Origin: Escherichia phage EJP2
Length of the DNA stretch: 64,000 bases
Reading direction: 5' to 3' (one strand)
Sequence record: OQ411014.1
Below the pieces are notes generated by a model, which searched no databases, was not told the origin of the DNA, and was given only the letters and a program-made list of their open reading frames with translations. Below, one piece after another: positions 58,965-64,000 of the stretch (position 1 is its first letter; the number at the start of each line of letters is the position of its first letter). The position numbers were made by a program, and so were the translations under genes.

Positions 58965-61900
58965 TTAGTTACCAATATTAATGTTACTCTTAGCCAAAGA
59001 ACTGACTATCTGAACGTTATCTACCGTTGCAGTACTGATAAACAACTGGTCAGGTCTACAAGGTATTTCAAACAATTCACCGAACTTACTATTGGGGTCT
59101 TGTGGAACGATCACAACTGCTGCCACATCAGTAGCCATACTTACTTGAATGTAAGTACTCAATTCTGTGAAGTAGAATGTCTCACCAAAGTCCCAGTTCT
59201 GAACATCGAAGTAATTACGAGTCAACTCGACAACTTTCTGACGAATTTCATCATTACTCAATGTGGTAGTAGGTAGTTTAACGATTTTTAAATCTGCACG
59301 ATAATCTTCATCTGCACTTGCACCAAATAGTTTTAAGAACTCAGCACTATGCCAAATGGAACTATCACTAATTACCATTTTACCCTCAACTTCAGTAAAC
59401 ATGTCTTGTAATTCAACTGATGTTGGTGGTTTAGGGAATTCACCAACTGCACCATTCTTAATCCAGATATTAACTGAATCATAATAGTTAGTAGTTAGAA
59501 CATACATATCAATTAAGTTTGTACGGCTTGGGTCGATACGGTTATCATCTGGAGCATAATGTTTCCATTGGAAATTTATACCGGTACGTGCACCAGTCCT
59601 GACAGTGTATTCATTACTCACATCAACATAACCATAATAAGACAATTTTAGCTTCTCGTCTTTATCATCTTGACCTTCATTCTGTGTTGCACGATAGAAT
59701 GCGAGTTCAGGACTGATAGTACTAGTGTCAGTTGGTAGCATCAGGTTGGAAATGAAATTATCAAGACGTTCGTTGTTGTTACCAACTGTTTGTTGAATGA
59801 AATGATATTCACCATCGTACTGATATGCAATCAAATACCCTGAACCATGATTATACAAATCACTAAAAGAATTGCTTCTTATTTGAACATTTCGCAAGAA
59901 CTCTTTTCTACGATACGCATTCACTTCTGCGTTTGCTTGTGCAGTGGTGTAAGTCCATGATGTATCAAGAATAGTATATGAATCATCATCTTCCAACATA
60001 TCAATAGTAAAATCATCGTTCTCATGGAATATCAACACACCACCATATTTTTGAAGGTCAGTACCGGACAATGTTGGAACTAAGCTACTGTACAAATCTG
60101 GTTCAAGAGGAATACCGTTGCTATCAGTGTTTTTACTAGTTATGATAACACGAGAACCATCAAGATATCCATTCTCTTGTTGAATAGTATCGTAGATTTG
60201 GAAATCAATATTCTGACTGTAACCCAAGTTACTTGTGTAAGATGCGTTATTGTTTAGGATTGCAATCTTGTCAGACTGAACAGTACCAGTACTGATATCA
60301 CTAATCTTCTTGGATGAAACAAAGTAGAATTTAACTTTAGAACCACCAACAAAAATGTACTCAACACCATTACTAACAAATTCCCATGATTCCGCAGTGT
60401 ATTGAACGTTCACTAGAATTGGATATGTAATACCATTATATAGAATTGTTGAACCACTGTATGTTCCTTCAATTGGAATCCATGTATGGGATGATGTGTC
60501 ATAGATGATAACGAAATCAGTCTTCTTATCAATGGCTGCTGCAATTTGTTGAACTTCAGAAGTATTGAACTTAACACGATATGGTTCAATATAAGAATCA
60601 ATAGTCATTGCTGCATCTACTGGTGTAGACAATACATAATAACCATCATCCAGTACTGATACGATAGAAGTCCAAACGGAGTTACCAGTAGTACCTTCCA
60701 TCTTAATCAACGTACCAACTTCATAGGTTTCAATCGGTACACCACTCTGTAGGAATTGACCATAAGTATTGTTCGTATAAGATGAGTTGTGCTCTGGAGT
60801 CCATATTTGGTTAAACGTAACAACGATTGTGTTGCTGTCCCATTGTTGATAATATTGAATAACAGAGTTCTCCCCAAGCAATGGTTGAATATTATCTATC
60901 ACAATACTTTCATTGCTTTTTGGTGATGGTAGAAGAAGAGTGTTACTCTTATTCACGTTCTCTTTATACATTGCACCATCATCACTAAACACATCAGTGT
61001 TTTGATATTTCCCAGTAGGGTCATTGATATCAATGAATCTGGACATACCGCTATAGATACGGTTTAGTGCTTTTCCTTTAATTACTGCGTTACCTAGCAT
61101 TAGTGGTGCGATATTATAATCTTCACCAGTAACGAAACGGTCTTGGGTGTAATACATTTGTGGAGCACGGTCTTTAATCTGTTCGATGGTTTCAGCACTC
61201 TGTGCTAGTCTGGATTCACGTTGTAGTGTGAATTTGACATCCAATGAACTATTTTCATAATCAGTTTGTGACTTAGTACGGTAAACATACTTAACACTTT
61301 TATTCTGAATTGAACTGGTCTTGATAGTGTATGATTTACCATTACTAACACGATACCATACACGGTATGTACCACGAGGAACAGTACCTGAACGTGCATC
61401 TGGATACTTAATTGTGATTTGGTCACGGTCACGAGTAGTTACAGAATAAATTGTTTTCTTTTGACGATCAACTGAGTTATATGCAATACTTTCCATTGAT
61501 GGAACTTGTGTCCATTTGGTTCTTACTATACCATCTTCGTTGATTTCTTGAACCCATACATCAGTTTGGTTTATATTGTCAACGTTCACATCCTGTAAAC
61601 GGTTTTCAATTCGAGTATCATACTGATAATCACTATAAGACAATGAACCTTGTTTAAAGTAAACAAAGAAGCCTGTATCTGGTGAACTAAAACCATTACC
61701 ATCATTTGAATAGATAATGTACTTCTGGTCTTGTGGTTCTGGCATACGTTCAGAAACACCAACAGTACTGATATCTGGGTTAACAACTTCGAACGTTACT
61801 GTTTCGCCGTTGATGTTTGCACTAAATGGCATATTAGGAGCACTCATAGGTAGAGTGTTCATGCGATACAATTGAGTGTTAATACCATTAATCATAATCT

Positions 61901-62426
61901 TCTTAACTGGATTACCAAATTGGTTAGTACTGATGAATGAACTATTCATAACTAGAATAAAGTTCTCGTACCAGTTAGGATCTGCTGGGTCATTCCATTG
62001 AATCGTACGGCCTTTAAGAGATTGGTTGTAGCTGTTTAGTACGTCTTGGTTTGTTTTAATTTCAGTAATTTTGGCTACTGCACGACCTGGATAAGCACGC
62101 TTAGGTGAATACGAAATCATCTTAGCAAGTTTCAGTACTGAAGCTCTGCGTTCTGCGGTATCTAGGAAGTTTTCACGAGTGTTCATGTCCATACGGAATG
62201 CCAAGTTCTGCCCTAGCATACTAATGGTGTCGAGAATGAAGATGAATTCGTCGTTTTCAATCCAGTCGTTGAACTGATCTGGATAAGTGATTCGTAGATA
62301 CTCTACCATACTTTCACGAATCGTATCAAAGTCAAAAGCGGTAAGGTTGATCTTATAAAAACTCTCATACACCTGCTTCCAGTCCTCGGCAGTGTATAAG
62401 TTGGACTGTCTTTTTTGTTGTGCCAT
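58965..62426 (-). CDS. large baseplate wedge-like protein (about 1153 aa)
   Basis: ATG at 62426 with AAGGA RBS. Immediately downstream of the gp25-like gene, as gp6/J-type wedge genes are. Confidence 0.55.
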   Translation of the reverse strand: MAQQKRQSNLYTAEDWKQVYESFYKINLTAFDFDTIRESMVEYLRITYPDQFNDWIENDEFIFILDTISMLGQNLAFRMDMNTRENFLDTAERRASVLKLAKMISYSPKRAYPGRAVAKITEIKTNQDVLNSYNQSLKGRTIQWNDPADPNWYENFILVMNSSFISTNQFGNPVKKIMINGINTQLYRMNTLPMSAPNMPFSANINGETVTFEVVNPDISTVGVSERMPEPQDQKYIIYSNDGNGFSSPDTGFFVYFKQGSLSYSDYQYDTRIENRLQDVNVDNINQTDVWVQEINEDGIVRTKWTQVPSMESIAYNSVDRQKKTIYSVTTRDRDQITIKYPDARSGTVPRGTYRVWYRVSNGKSYTIKTSSIQNKSVKYVYRTKSQTDYENSSLDVKFTLQRESRLAQSAETIEQIKDRAPQMYYTQDRFVTGEDYNIAPLMLGNAVIKGKALNRIYSGMSRFIDINDPTGKYQNTDVFSDDGAMYKENVNKSNTLLLPSPKSNESIVIDNIQPLLGENSVIQYYQQWDSNTIVVTFNQIWTPEHNSSYTNNTYGQFLQSGVPIETYEVGTLIKMEGTTGNSVWTSIVSVLDDGYYVLSTPVDAAMTIDSYIEPYRVKFNTSEVQQIAAAIDKKTDFVIIYDTSSHTWIPIEGTYSGSTILYNGITYPILVNVQYTAESWEFVSNGVEYIFVGGSKVKFYFVSSKKISDISTGTVQSDKIAILNNNASYTSNLGYSQNIDFQIYDTIQQENGYLDGSRVIITSKNTDSNGIPLEPDLYSSLVPTLSGTDLQKYGGVLIFHENDDFTIDMLEDDDSYTILDTSWTYTTAQANAEVNAYRRKEFLRNVQIRSNSFSDLYNHGSGYLIAYQYDGEYHFIQQTVGNNNERLDNFISNLMLPTDTSTISPELAFYRATQNEGQDDKDEKLKLSYYGYVDVSNEYTVRTGARTGINFQWKHYAPDDNRIDPSRTNLIDMYVLTTNYYDSVNIWIKNGAVGEFPKPPTSVELQDMFTEVEGKMVISDSSIWHSAEFLKLFGASADEDYRADLKIVKLPTTTLSNDEIRQKVVELTRNYFDVQNWDFGETFYFTELSTYIQVSMATDVAAVVIVPQDPNSKFGELFEIPCRPDQLFISTATVDNVQIVSSLAKSNINIGN

Positions 62427-62496
62427 AATTAATCCTTGCGTTCTAATATGAGTTATATATCTTACGTTTTCTATGCACACGTATTATGAATTTATT

Positions 62497-62527
62497 TATC
62501 CAAAAAGAAAGACACCCGAAGGTGTCT
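62497..62527 (-). terminator. terminator hairpin with UUCG tetraloop
   Basis: Minus-strand reading AGACACC-TTCG-GGTGTCT followed by TTCTTTTT. Confidence 0.5.
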
Positions 62528-62533
62528 TAGAAA

Positions 62534-62926
62534 TTATGCGGCATTTGAAACAATTGCCATCTTTTCGTTCGCTTCTCTGTCGAACTGTATGAATAGAGTT
62601 TCTTCGGTGTCGAGTTCCACATAGTAAAGGAACAAGTTAACACGAAAACCTCTATCAGTACTTAGGACTTCAACATATTGGAGTGAAACTCTAGGGTCAC
62701 CAGCAACAATGCGACGAGCATCCGCTTCTAATAGATTTTTATTACTATAAATGTCCAATTCAAATAATAAATCCCACCCTACAAATCCATATTGTGCATC
62801 CATAGCACGTTCACCTTTTCTGGTGTTGAAGTGGTTTAATAGATCGCGTTTGACTAGCTCCACATCATAAAGAACTTCAGTTCTTCCCACCTGTGGGGAT
62901 GCAAACCCCTTGTATATCACTGCCAT
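62534..62926 (-). CDS. baseplate wedge protein, gp25/GpW-like
   Basis: NTRKGERAMDAQYGFVGWDLLFE ... RVSLQYVEV pattern as in T4 gp25-family proteins. Confidence 0.7.
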   Translation of the reverse strand: MAVIYKGFASPQVGRTEVLYDVELVKRDLLNHFNTRKGERAMDAQYGFVGWDLLFELDIYSNKNLLEADARRIVAGDPRVSLQYVEVLSTDRGFRVNLFLYYVELDTEETLFIQFDREANEKMAIVSNAA

Positions 62927-62941
62927 ATTATTTTATCCTTA

Positions 62942-63430
62942 TTATTGGGATTCTACAATACGAGCTAATTTCTCTGCACGTGAAGTAGTTTGCTTATACC
63001 AAGTACTATCACGCATTTGACGTCCAGCTTCTTTATAATCACCCGCACCCATAGCAGCTAATGCTTTTTTGAAACCTAGAACACGACGTTTACCCATTTG
63101 AAAACACATTTGCCACAATACACGCTGGAGATCAATACCACCTTTCATACCGAATTGCTCATAAATCTCTTTTGCGTCATTAAATGCAACAGTTGCGTCT
63201 TTAATTAGTAGTGCATCGCCTTCTGACTCAGTTAAACCATTAGGAAATGTTTCGCCATTTACTAGCAAGTGACCATAACCAATAGTTGGTAAACCTAGAC
63301 TGTCTTTATATACATGAAACCGCCCGTTTTTAAAATATCCCTTCTTAGTTTGATAAGCGATAGTACCTTCATGCTCACGTACTTCTTTGTGGAAGATACT
63401 ATCGTCATTTTTTAAAACCCAATTGCTCAT
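62942..63430 (-). CDS. T4-lysozyme-like muramidase (GH24)
   Basis: HEG ... YKDSLGLPTIGYGHLL (Glu, Asp and Thr equivalents present) and CFQMG ... DSTWYKQTTSRAEKL colinear with T4 lysozyme. Confidence 0.8.
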   Translation of the reverse strand: MSNWVLKNDDSIFHKEVREHEGTIAYQTKKGYFKNGRFHVYKDSLGLPTIGYGHLLVNGETFPNGLTESEGDALLIKDATVAFNDAKEIYEQFGMKGGIDLQRVLWQMCFQMGKRRVLGFKKALAAMGAGDYKEAGRQMRDSTWYKQTTSRAEKLARIVESQ

Positions 63431-63463
63431 AATTTACCCTCTGTTATGTTAGTGGTAAATTAT

Positions 63464-64000
63464 TTATGCACATGCCTCGATTCTGCGTGCTAATTCCTCA
63501 ACACGTCTACGAGTTTGTCTATACCAAGTACTGTCACGCATTTCATGGGCTGCTAATTTGTAATTGCCTGCTGCTAGTGCTTTTAAGAAATTGGTAAACC
63601 CACGAACGCCACCACCACGTGTTTTACTACCAGCACCAAGCTGGAATACCATCTCTGTCAGTACTATCTGTGCCATATAAGGTGTTTGCATCTTATATTC
63701 AGCATAAATTTGACATGCAGAGTTTACGGATGAAACCAAATCTTTTTTAAGAATAGTTTCAGCTTCAGCTTCTGTAATACCATTAGGGAAACCACCATCT
63801 GCTCTAGTTAGGAAGTGACCATAACCAATTGTCAGACCATGAGCATCAACATAAGGCCAGAATCTACCATTACGGAAGGTTCCAACTGATGTTTGGTATC
63901 CAATGTTACCTTCAAACTCTTTAATATCCGAAACAAGCTGGTTATCACTCGGTTGTACCTTCCAACCAATCTTGGATTTGTCAATAGAACTCAAATCAAC
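63464..64000 (-). CDS. T4-lysozyme-like muramidase paralog, start at or beyond window edge
   Basis: FEGNIGYQ ... HGLTIGYGHFL ... DSTWYRQTRRRVEEL. The only in-window start is a TTG at 63994 and the frame is open to nt 64000. Confidence 0.7.
   Translation of the reverse strand, partial: VDLSSIDKSKIGWKVQPSDNQLVSDIKEFEGNIGYQTSVGTFRNGRFWPYVDAHGLTIGYGHFLTRADGGFPNGITEAEAETILKKDLVSSVNSACQIYAEYKMQTPYMAQIVLTEMVFQLGAGSKTRGGGVRGFTNFLKALAAGNYKLAAHEMRDSTWYRQTRRRVEELARRIEACA

Noticed and set aside
50141-58981. Short plus-strand ORFs within the 3337-aa minus-strand gene
   Set aside because: Antisense ORFs of 60-110 aa inside a continuous 10-kb reading frame.

Overview
This window reads as a segment of a large virulent myovirus genome, distantly T4-like, AT-rich and densely packed with genes. 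Evidence for the T4-like assignment: a gp18-like tail sheath, a gp25-like baseplate wedge protein, T4-lysozyme-like muramidases and a gp1-like dNMP kinase. Layout: nt 1-12500 is a plus-strand auxiliary region; 12.5-30.3 kb holds the tail sheath and tube module, a MoxR/VWA pair and thymidylate synthase; 30.3-46.5 kb is a minus-strand tail-fiber module with an embedded plus-strand island; 46.5-64 kb holds a ClpA-like ATPase and the minus-strand baseplate module. The most interesting part is the 5.2-11 kb auxiliary island (HPF homolog, four-gene paralog array, CCA-adding enzyme, Nudix-glutaredoxin, macro domain), a candidate counter-defence/translation toolkit. The most unusual sequence-level signal is a roughly ten-fold excess of the palindrome AGTACT throughout the window. 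All functional calls come from motifs recognised by eye in the supplied translations; no database search was run. No rRNA, tRNA, CRISPR array or integrase was found.
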